64,000 nucleotides of DNA from assembly GCF_006345805.1 (NCBI RefSeq), contig NC_043001.1:95976001-96040000 (forward strand), read 5' to 3'. The position numbers were made by a program, and so were the translations under genes. Each line of letters begins with the position of its first letter. The first letter of the stretch is position 1. The DNA is from Octopus sinensis. Taxonomy: Eukaryota. Shown here piece by piece: positions 53,669-64,000 of the stretch. The notes beneath the pieces are model-generated. The model saw nothing but the letters and a program-made list of their open reading frames with translations. It was not told the DNA's origin and did no database searches.

Positions 53669-54138
53669 TCTTCTTCTTCTTCTTCTTCTTCTTCCAATCA
53701 GGACTCACGGCATTAGCCACAACGTATAATCTCTAATTTGAGCCTACTCTAAGCTACTAAGAATGCGTGTGGCAACTTGAAGACCCGCCCACCACACGCG
53801 ATAGACTGGCGGTTGCACGGGCGCGAAAGCTACGTTGTCATCCTCATTCCGTAAACAGTGGCTTTTAACGGGTGGAGAGCTGAACCATCCTGGAGCACAG
53901 AGGATTCGCAATCTAGACTAGGGTCTGAAAGTTTACCACACCACAGCGGGTTACACCATGGTTCCTCTGCTTTGTGGCAGAAGTAGGAAGCGGGGTTCAC
54001 CACTACCCCTCACCGGAGCCTCGTGGAGCTTAGGTGTTTTTGCTCAATAAACACTCACAATGCCCGGTCTGAGAATCGAAACCGCGTTCTTACGACTGCG
54101 AGTTCGCCGAACTAACCACTGGGCCATTGCGCCTCCAC
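53669..54138 (-). mobile_element. SINE with family-C head but a different body and a (GAA)n tail
   Basis: Minus strand GGAGGCGCAATGGCCCAGTGGTTAG...GGTTTCGATTC...GAGCAAAAACACCTAAGCTCCACGAGGCTCCGG; ends GCCGTGAGTCCTGATTG(GAA)n. Confidence 0.8.
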
Positions 54139-56549
54139 TTGCGGCTGTTGCTGCCGTTACTGTTTTATGCAGAGTTTGTTTTGTTTGTTTGTATGTTTTT
54201 TTTCTCTGCTAGAATATCATTAATATCTATTTATTCTTGGGACACCACGCGGATAAACGTTATCATAGTTGTACATATTAGAATGTTCTGGAAAAATTAT
54301 TTTCTGTGTTAGAATACTCAATTTCTACTTTTTGTCTGTTTCCGATATCTGCGATATCTAAGATGTATTTTTCTATTTCTTTGTAAGCTGTGAAAGTTTG
54401 TTCATTTATTTTCTTTCAAACTATTTTAGACTTGTTACACCTAACTATCTTTACAAGACAGAGAAAAAAAAGATCAATGTAAAATAACGCCGAAACACTA
54501 GAAAATGACATATTAGGTGAGAGACTCTCCACGACTGGCTAATCCTTTGGATGTGATATAATCCTACATTTGAAGAATGTATTGCGGTCTTAAATTAAGT
54601 AAAAAGTCAAATATTCAGAGTAAACAAATACATATCTTGTTAGATCGAGTAGCATCAGTATCGACAGTACCGGCATCAGCAAAAATTTAAGAAAAAAAAA
54701 CGATAAAAATACAGCCACCCAACAATAAAATTACCCCAACAGAAGCAAATACAAACATAACTGTTTTAGTTGACACGCCGTATTAAAGAGTATTTGTGAC
54801 TGAGATGAGAAGATTTCCCGCCTCTATTTTCGCTGGCGTTGTTGTTGATCGCGTTGTTGTTGATGAATTTAATTCCTTATTCCGAAATTGTGTCTGTCTG
54901 CTACCTCAATCTGAATTTCATTTTTATTTTATAGTTCTAGAATTTCTACGCAGATATCCTTTAAAAAGGTTTTGCTTCTACATGCGTAACACTTAATTTT
55001 TCTGCTCCGGATGTTTTCGTTTTAAGGTTTTCTTTACAGCCTCCAGAGAACGACTCCCTGGCATTTTTGTGCCAGAGTATAGGACAAACAAGCCCATGGT
55101 GTTCTCTCCTGATCACATAATAGCTCTAGGTATCATCTTTCTGTTCTCTTTACATTACTTATTGCATGTAATATCAGAAGGTTTGGTAGTGAGAACTTTG
55201 GACAGAATTTGTGAAAAACGACCCACCACCTGTGATAAATTCTCGGATAAAACTTTAAATATCGGGATAAGTTTCATCAATATTTATTTCAGTTAGACCC
55301 TTCTAATCATTTCATGGATTTGTTCCGTTGCGTTATGTTGGTCATCCTAATGCTGGTGAACACCGTAATTTCAGTCGGATTCCTCCCTCTTTAAATGTGA
55401 TCGTTTTCATAAAACTCGGATCATACTTTGCCAGAGGATTTCTAATCTTCAAGAGCGGCAATCTCTTTTTCACAAGAGACGTATGGCTTCTCACTACTTA
55501 TTTAATCCTCTTCTAGCGAACTACATTCCTCCACGCACATTTAAATACGTTTGTTATTCTATCACGTTTGATCCCCAATCTAAATAGAGCGGTAATGCCT
55601 TGTTGGGATGCACCTTGGTTGTTTAAGTGCGGATGATGCTGCTGATTATCTATTTGTCTTCAGCAATTGAAATTGAGAGTATGCGTCCTTCTGTCTTAGC
55701 TTCTGGATAGTTGGACTTAGTAATATTTGTTTTAATGGTTCCAACCATATATTCAATGCCGCCTAGGAAGGATCATCTCCCATGATTTGTTGTCTAGTGG
55801 CTTGTTTTTTCTTCTTAAAATTCTTCTAAAATGAAATCGCCAAATGAGTTTTTATTGCCACATAAGTAGCAGCAGGTTTGTCTTCCCTAGATACTTAGAT
55901 TTAAGTTCTAGTCGTCAAACGTTCAAAAGGACACATCTGCTGTATTCTTTTGATGCCAAACGGGTTTGTGAATATAAGAATGTGTATGGAAGCTACAACT
56001 AATCACAAATACCTAGAAGTTATTTCTTTCGACGACTTGCCTATATTTTGCAAGACAAGTACTTATTTACGAGGCAGAGATGTCCTCAACGAGCAAATCT
56101 TTGCATCTCGTTACAATTTATTGTGGCTGTGATTTTTCAAGCCTATGTTGTTTAATTGTGGATTGTGTTTTAGCCATTTCCTGTTTCAAAACTGACACAA
56201 TTGGTGTCCATAAAGAAAATTTTCTAAACAGAGGTTTAAAGCGGGAATGAGGAAAGCCTACCCAACATGTCACTTTAGCAAAACAGATGTGAGTGGTCCA
56301 TCTCTTCTACAGTGTCGTTCTATTTGATTGTGGTAGACTGACGCTAGTATTTTACTAAAAACAAAAAAAACTACAATGGTTAATTATTTCAGCCCAAAGC
56401 AAGTCTTGTAAAATATGCCAGATTGTAACCAATTTTAAACAGTTGACTTAGTGTTTAACATTTCATTTCTTGAAAAAAAAACCTTGCTTGTTTAAAAGTC
56501 TCATCTCCCTCTTTATTTTTCAGGTAAATAGCAAACTGATTCGACAATA

Positions 56550-57270
56550 GAAAGTCACGGAACAACAGAATCGTACCGCCATTGTTTTGGCGCGCACCGC
56601 GCACACTGCCCATAAAATTGTTAAGTTGACGAAACTTCCAAAAGCAAAAGTTCAACGTTTCTATAAACAATTGCATAAGCAAGAAGAGGGAAAGATTTAT
56701 AGAAAAGAACAGAAGACTCAAAGTGATTCCAAAGTTCATCACTGGTCTCAAACACTCAGCTAAAGTCAACCCATCCATATCCATGATAATTCTTGGAAAG
56801 ACGTAATGTGTCCATTTCCACAGAGTCTAGAGCTGTGAACAGGAATTTTGGCATGACCAGCTACATTCGACGACGACGCCACCTCCTAACAGCCAAGGCC
56901 AAAACATTAAGAGACCAGAGATACCCAAAGCTTCTCTCATTCATCAAGCATCAAGGTACAGGATAACCTGTCGTGTTTGTGGACGAGAAATTCACTGTGG
57001 ATGCTGATGTGAATCGCAGAAATTCCTGTGTGATTGCGTACAACCCTTCTGCCTTACTCACCTGTGTTTGAGACTAATACGTTTGCCTCTGTCGTGCTAT
57101 TTGAGAGTATTAGCGACTGAAGAAAGTGTAATGGACCCACACTTCCTTGAGTCTGGCTTGAAGATCAGCACACAGAAGTATCTGGACATCCTGAAGAAAT
57201 TTCTGTTACCTTCGATGGAGTAGAATTTGCGCTTAACAGCTGTGGTGTTTATCCAGGGCAAATAGCAACA
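56550..57270 (+). pseudogene. Second DD37D/maT-type transposase remnant (N-terminal HTH to catalytic region)
   Basis: PKFITGLKHSAKVNPSISM, RRNVSISTESRAV..GMTSYIRRRRHLLTAKAK..VVFVDEKFTVDADVNRRNS and GLKISTQKYLDILKKFLLP. Confidence 0.85.
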
Positions 57271-57545
57271 AGCAAGACGCCGCTAGAAATCTCTAGTGAG
57301 ACATATTTATCAATGTTTCTGAATAAACCCAGAATGAAGTTTGGGAAATAAATGTTTGACCTAATAGCAATCTAATTCGAAATCCATCTCCTATTAAATA
57401 ATACTATTACCCTAACTGCAACTGCGGAGTTCCAAAAGTAGATCCAATAGAAGTGTAACACAACTGCGGATGAAAACTGTGATGGTGCTCCACTTAATAT
57501 TCAAACACACTAATCGACTTACACGTATTTGTCCAAATTATTCAT

Positions 57546-57580
<35 letters not shown>

Positions 57581-57914
57581 CCGGTGATATGTATAATTTT
57601 TCGTAATTCTGTGCATGGATGTGCATTCATGTGCACCTGGCCAGATTGGAGCAATCTCGAGTATAACCAGCCGAAATTGCAAAGATACTCTGGAACTCGA
57701 CTGACGATAGAAAAATCAGAAGATCCGTCCTTGTTTTTCTTGTATCGTCTGTCTGGACATTTTGCTGCCCCTTTTTTGTTTCACCTATCTGGATATTATG
57801 CGTTCTCGTCCCATTTTTGTATACATATATATATATATTTATATATATGTTTTGGTATGTATATATAAGTATGTATATAAACATATGCATATACATGTAT
57901 ATATGTATATATAT

Positions 57915-57949
<35 letters not shown>

Positions 57950-57967
57950 GCACATATACATATATGT

Positions 57968-58620
57968 GCATAAACACGGGGGATCAATCAACAACATAGA
58001 AATTAAAATATTGTCCACACATAGAACATATGCCACAATCAGACAAATTACAGAAGCTGCACACATAATAGAAAATAAACCTAGCCTGAATAGGAAACTA
58101 GAATGGAACACTAGCACACACCACAACATATGACGGTAGAGGATCCCAAAAACATAATAAATACACAGATAAATAAACAAATAGAAATAAATAACTATAT
58201 AAGTTGTTTTTTTCATTTATTATTATTATTACTAGTATTGTTGTTATACATACATACATACAGGCATATGTAATGATAATAATAAGTGGATGTAAACACA
58301 TGAACAAAATAAGAATAAACAAAAACAACAACATAAACAAATTACATGAACGTATATAAACAGAAGATACATATATTAAAGGCATCCCCCCACACACACT
58401 AAATAAACATAGACGTACATAGAGATATAAGCATGCGCAAATGAAGACATACAATAGAAATACAAAATGGCTGACGGTTAGTAAAGAGAGACACAAATAA
58501 GAAAGAAGAAAACAAAGGACCACTGATGCGGTCACAGGGGTGTGACGAAAGAACTCTGGCCGAAATAAGATTAAGATTAATGTAAAAAATAAATAACACT
58601 GAAGCAAAGTAACACCAAAT
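57968..58620 (+). mobile_element. Penelope-like element 3' end (GIY-YIG endonuclease C-terminus plus 3' region)
   Basis: NIEIKILST..IRQITEAAHIIENKPSLNRK resembles the PLE F.IL...RKI.EA..I...KP.LNR terminus; a hammerhead-like motif lies downstream on the same strand. Confidence 0.7.
58517..58561 (+). ncRNA. Hammerhead ribozyme-like motif (A9>C)
   Basis: GGACCA-CTGATGC-G-GTCACA(GGGG)TGTGAC-GAAA-GAACTC-TGGCC: 6-bp stem II, stem I CCA/TGG, CUC triplet. Confidence 0.55.
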
Positions 58621-59535
58621 ATATAGTGCGTGTGTTTTTATTGGCTAAACTGGCAAAATGACCATTCCGAAATATAACAATATACACATATGCCCATATA
58701 TTCACACACACATATGCCCATATATTCATATTAATCCTTTCATTTCATCTACCTGTATATACGTTATTGCGTGTGTGCATATATGTCAGTCAGGCTGTGT
58801 ATCTGGATAGGTATATTTCTGTCAGCTGATAAATCTTTCGAACCACATTTTATTCCGGTGTCCGATAAAGGTATCTACGTTTACACTTGTAATAACTTGG
58901 CTTCTTACTCTCAACAGCGTTGAAAGAAAAGAGTCAACAAATATAGTGCAGTTGATTTAACCGTTCTGATTGACCATTGCAGATATTAAACACAGTCGTT
59001 GAGCTTCGTCATTGAAAACCAAAACAAAGAAAACAGAATATATCATGTGGTGAGAGCAAGTGCAATGAGGATTTTGCTTGTCAGTCCACAATTTCTCCAA
59101 ACATCTTTTAAAATATAGGGTATCTATAAATTACCTTTACGATTTGAATTGAGACCGTTCAGAAATTGTAAAGATATTTTATGGACAGCGTGATTATTAG
59201 TACGATGGCGTATGAAAATAAAAGTAGAACGGATAGGCAATGTGATTCGTATTGCTTATTTGCATATCCTTACGTCATGTGTTCAATTTCTTGGAAAGAT
59301 CACATTTTCATCTATGCCCTTAACTGTAAAAGCGCATAGCGTTTATCCAACGATAGCACCAATGGTATAAACTACAACAATATTTTTAAAGATGTTAGGC
59401 CGGATTTAGCTACTGTTTCACGCACGTACGCTGATCATGCAGAGGTGTTCTCATTGACTTTTGTTGCTGTTTCTGATTATATCTCTCCTGGTTTTGCTGA
59501 ATGTCATAGCGATTAATATTACAAGATAAAATATA

Positions 59536-59927
59536 CTAGCAGTATTGCCCGGCGTTGCTCGGGTTTGTTTCGACCCTTTAGAATTGGAATTTTTGAAACG
59601 TAAACTATTGCATTATGTAGCTTGTTATTCTCTTTAAGTGAACATTTTTCTGGCTGAAATACACCGAAAAATGGCGACGCAGCAGTCAAAAAATCGTTAA
59701 AAAATAGGGATTTTCATAGAAAAAAAGCACCTTTGTGATGTAAATAATTTTTGGTCTTAACATGGTCCAATTTGGATTTTGTCTTCTACGAAAGGAAGAC
59801 CAAGCCTTCTTCTATCATACCCTCAATTTTGGTCAACTTGTGCCGCAGGGTCTCGGAGGAGATAGTGTTAGTTGAAGTTTACAAAACCTGCCACACGCAG
59901 ACAACTTCAGCTTTATATATATATAGA
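59536..59927 (-). mobile_element. Short non-autonomous Helitron, complete
   Basis: Minus strand A|TCTATATATATATAAAGCTGAAGTTGTCTG...CCCGAGCAACGCCGGGCAATACTGCTAG|T: TC start, hairpin, CTAG end, A|T target. Confidence 0.92.
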
Positions 59928-60659
59928 TAGTGCAAGTCAATAAAGTGCTCAGGTGAAAGTCTACGGTAAAGTATGAATATCATCACATCTCATTCCCATT
60001 AATCCTACGAATATATGAACTTTTGGTCTCTGAAAGAAATCAATATTTACTGCGAGAGAATATTTTATATTTGAGAACGTTTAATGTCAGTCTAGAAAGT
60101 TGTTTAATGACTATATTAGCAGATTAAATGACAGGGGCGATAGTGGACGTCTCGAATCACCGTCATCACTTTCTCACGTCTTTCTCCCCCGCGATCTCTC
60201 TCTCTCTCTCTCTCTCTTTCTAAATCTCTATCTCTATTTCTCCCTCTCTTTGTCTATCTCTCTTTCTCTTTCTCTCTTTCTCTCCCTTTCCAACCATTAT
60301 CTTTAAAGTTTTTCACACTTCCATGCTCATAACGCCCCCTCTTTCACTTCTTCTCTCCTCTCCCTCTCAATCTCTATCTCTCTCTATGTACACATCTATA
60401 TACACATGTGTGCATACGTATATGTATATATATATATATATATATGTAATGTTTTCTCTCGCTCTCGCTTTCCCCTGCTCTCTCTCATAGACTCTCCTTT
60501 CATTCACTTTGATCTATTGATCATTTATTTTCAATAGAATGCTGTATTGATGGAAATAGCTCTATCAACGACGTCAAAATTCTAATTCCATGATTAAATA
60601 CCATTCAAAGCAAATGTGTCTATAAATTGCGGTGATAACCAAAAGTTTGTTAATTTTAT

Positions 60660-60716
60660 TAGATATTATTAGTATTAGTGTTTTCATTATTATTAATATT
60701 ATTATTATTATTATTA

Positions 60717-60761
<45 letters not shown>

Positions 60762-60890
60762 CAACATCGTCATCATCATTATTCACAACGTCATCACCGT
60801 CGTCATCTTCGCCGACGTCATTATCAACATCAATATCCTCACCGACATCATCATCATCATCATCATCACCATCATCATCAACAGCTCTTG
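60660..60890. repeat. (ATT)n grading into (ATC)n/(GTC)n
   Basis: Direct reading. Confidence 0.93.
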
Positions 60891-61169
60891 TAGTAGTACG
60901 ATTACTATTGATGTTAGTATTAAAATAGCGGTGGAATACGTTGGAAGCATTATTTATATAGTCTCACTGAATTTAGAAGTTTCCAGACCTCTAAATATTT
61001 GAAAACTGCTCTTTTAGCCAAATTTACAAGCGTTTATCTGTGATATTTCACTTATTGATAACAGCCGCGTTCAGCAAGCACATAAAATAAATTCATGCAA
61101 ATAAGGCCGGCATTCACACACTGGTCAATTTATTGAAGATAAATAGCATTAATTCCGTGGTTCCTGTAC

Positions 61170-61201
61170 TCTTAAGTACTTCAATATTATTATTATTATC
61201 C

Positions 61202-61251
<50 letters not shown>

Positions 61252-61294
61252 AATAGTGGTAGTAGTAGTAGTAGCAGCAGAAGCAGCAGTAGTG

Positions 61295-61334
<40 letters not shown>

Positions 61335-61375
61335 CAGCAGCAGCAGTAGCAGTAGTAGTAGTAGTAGTAGTAGTA

Positions 61376-61418
<43 letters not shown>

Positions 61419-61437
61419 TGTGGTAGTAGTAGTAGTA
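61170..61437. repeat. (ATT)n then (AGT)n/(AGC)n/(GGT)n trinucleotide block
   Basis: Direct reading. Confidence 0.95.
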
Positions 61438-61660
61438 AGGCAGCGAGCCTGGTTGATGTGCCCGGTAGCACCGCCGGGCGAACTACTTAAAGATATATCA
61501 TCGGCTTCCACGTTCTGAGTTCAAATTCCACCGATGTCGACTTTGCTATTCGTCCTTTCGGGGTCGCTTAAATAAGTACCAGTTGAGTACTGGGGTTCGA
61601 TGTAATTGACTCTCCACCTCCCTACAATTTTCATCCCTTGTACCTATAGTAGCAAAGATT
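61438..61660 (+). mobile_element. Diverged SINE family A copy (A2 tail) running into (ATT)n
   Basis: AGGCAGCGAGCCTGG...GAGTTCAAATTCCACCGATGTCGAC...CCCTTGTACCTATAGTAGCAAAGATTATT. Confidence 0.88.
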
Positions 61661-61674
61661 ATTATTATTATTAA

Positions 61675-61734
<60 letters not shown>

Positions 61735-61755
61735 CATTATTATTATTATTATTAT
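61660..61755. repeat. (ATT)n microsatellite
   Basis: Direct reading. Confidence 0.97.
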
Positions 61756-62465
61756 CGAGTGAGAGAGCAGTGCATGCCATCAAAGTGACACTGAGGTAAA
61801 GTATACGAAGCTCAGTATACCCATCATGACTACCCGTCTGATAATGGTACACCAGACACATTCATCATAACCATATGTACGCGTCATGGTGATCTCATAT
61901 CAAGATAAACACCGCATGACCTTGCAGGTGGCGCCCAGTTAGAATTTTCTTCAGGTCGAGTAGCCCATCCCGCTCAAGAGGTCCCTGAACAAGGGTTGTG
62001 TAAGGATGTTGAACGAACCACCCATGTTTCCAAAGGTGAATTATCCAAACCTCTGAGAATTCCTTTCAATATACGGCTATGATGCTCCCCATAACTTCTG
62101 CTGGTGATCAGAGATGCACATATTGTCAGCCACTAAGGAACATGGTCAACTGGTCAAGGTCAAACAATTGACAAGCAAATCTGAGGTATTGAGCAGAATA
62201 TTTGTTGTAGTCCATGTTTAATACCAAAACAACACAATGTACATGATAACACTTCCAATCAGTTAAGAACAGCAGCTATGAGATCCACTGCCTGGAACTG
62301 TATTGCAATGGGGAAAATTTTGTTCAATAGTGCAATATAAAGCTTAATCATCAAAGGAGACATGTATTGAATGCTACCCTATTTCCTTTGTTCATTGACA
62401 TGCATTAAACTAGCTATCTAGTGGGTTACATCCATAAACCCTATCTTATTTGTACTATATATATA

Positions 62466-62640
62466 TCTCTTATTATAAAAGGCAGATTTTATCTGCCTCC
62501 CTTTGTAACTTATAGAAATCTACAATATAGGATTTCTTCAATTACAATTTACCTAGCATTTTTAAGAGTAGAATTCATCGGGTCATGCCAGGTCCAGTTT
62601 TTAAAATTTAAACTCCAATAAAGCAAAATTTACAGAAAAC
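62466..62640 (+). mobile_element. Possible Helitron-like 5' end
   Basis: A|TCTCTTATTATAAAAGGCAG resembles the 5' ends of the other Helitrons here; no CTAG/hairpin end found. Confidence 0.3.
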
Positions 62641-63414
62641 TCACATTCTGGTGTGTATGTCAAATGTTTTTTTAATGTGGTTTACACCACACGCACACGC
62701 ACACACACAAAAAGGGAGCGATCTCATTCACTCACGCTATCACTCATTTCTGCGACTTTCTCTTTGCACGTTTGCAGCGATTAAAGTGAAACTAATTCGA
62801 TAAAACGAGAGAAGTGTACCTTAAACCACTACTAAAAAAAAAACAGCAAACAGAAACAAATAAATACATAACGATTTACTCCTCACACAATTTCTTCAAT
62901 TAGAGTGTACCCATGATTTTTCAGAGTACTTCAGTGGGTGATGCCATAAAAAAATTCTTTCAATTTTACCACCAATTACGACAACATTCGAGAAAACTCA
63001 ATATTTTAACATATCACTCCGAAAGCATTGGTGTACATGTGTGCGTGCGTGAGTGTGTGTGTGTCATTCCTCACACATGCGCATACACATACATATATGA
63101 GAGTGGCAAACACAAACGTTTCAAACAACTACATACAAACACGTGTGTGTTTGTTATTAGTAAAAAAGGCGCCAAAACACAACTCACTTATCATTCCAAC
63201 ACATTTGCAAAGACACACGGACGGTGGAATTGCTATAACAATACAGAAAAGGTAAATTGGTTTTTATTTTACTCTGTATATATTTTATTATATAATATTA
63301 TATATAGATATATGTATATATAATTGCAGTATGAAACAGTGTTTATGTATAAACAGACGACACTTATATATAGTTATTATAATAAGAGATTAATAAATGT
63401 ATGCATCCGTTTAA

Positions 63415-64000
63415 CCCTTTCGTTACCAAACCGCCCGAATTTACCTATTCATATTTAAATGAGAATATCAGAGCAAATCTCTGATACGTGAAAACACGTA
63501 TTATACTTCGTAAAAACTTCAACTACAGTTTTGTACAAAAATCGAAGTGTAATTTTAATTCCGTGAATTATGGGAGATTTTTTCCGAACTTTGTTCCTAT
63601 TGTGTTTCAAAATTTGTAATTCTGACAAAAAATGGATACGAATTTCATTATATCAAGCAGCGAGTCAGAATTCGAATTTTTCTACTGAAGACCTTCATAA
63701 ATCTAACTCTATGACTGAAAAAAAAAAGCATCTTTTATAAGAGTGAAGTTGTGTGTCTGTCTCCTACGATTTAGATTCCTAACTACTCCCACATTTTGCG
63801 GTGCAGTTTAACCAAAAGCGGGTATCTTATAGTCGTGATTCATATCGAGCCCTTCTGGGTATTAGCGCGCGTCTACGATGAGTCTACGGTTTTAAAAAAA
63901 ATTACCATCATATTTTTCCATTTAAATGCAATTTTTCGCTTTTATATAAGGGAAGTAACTCTCTCAAAATATCTACGATGTGTCAACTATTTAAAAAAAA
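63415..64000 (+). mobile_element. Possible piggyBac-type left end, running off the window
   Basis: TTAA|CCCTTTCGTTACC at 63411-63427; right end not visible. Confidence 0.45.
63731..64000 (+). mobile_element. Helitron, 3' end outside the window
   Basis: A|TCTTTTATAAGAGTGAAGTTGTGTGTCTG start; subterminal AAAAAAAATTACCATCATATTTTTCCATTT..TAACTCTCTCAAAAT matches 48980-49050 of the first Helitron. Confidence 0.8.

Noticed and set aside
52860-55800. Further possible RTE-like endonuclease remnants (52860-53120 and 55300-55800, minus; also R4-like 16250-16650)
   Set aside because: Motif resemblance is too weak to support without a profile search
60574-61511. Poly-Leu/Ile/Asn/His/Thr/Tyr ORFs as low-complexity proteins
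   Set aside because: Pure trinucleotide repeats with no splice or domain evidence

Overview
AT-rich, repeat-dominated eukaryotic DNA, most likely from a cephalopod (Octopus-like). That assignment is an inference from the SINE families and the very high (TA)n/(CA)n density, not from a database search. I cannot support any host protein-coding gene, rRNA, true tRNA or CRISPR array. Almost all supplied ORFs are microsatellite artefacts or transposon debris. The window contains three tRNA-headed SINE families (labelled A, B and C here; about 25 copies). It also has LINE remnants of the CR1 group, RTE and R4/Dong, a Penelope-like GIY-YIG end, mariner and DD37D/maT transposase remnants, Tc1/mariner-type MITEs and foldback elements, short Helitrons and a piggyBac-like end. 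Highlights: (1) SINE-A dimer and trimer insertions, each bounded by one TSD and sharing one exact internal junction. (2) A 3' stem-loop shared, with covariation, between CR1-type LINEs and SINE-B. (3) Three minimal hammerhead-ribozyme motifs, one directly behind a Penelope-like endonuclease end. (4) A poly(A)-tailed, zinc-knuckle, ORF1-only element. Coordinates were read by eye, and the boundaries of degenerate elements are approximate.
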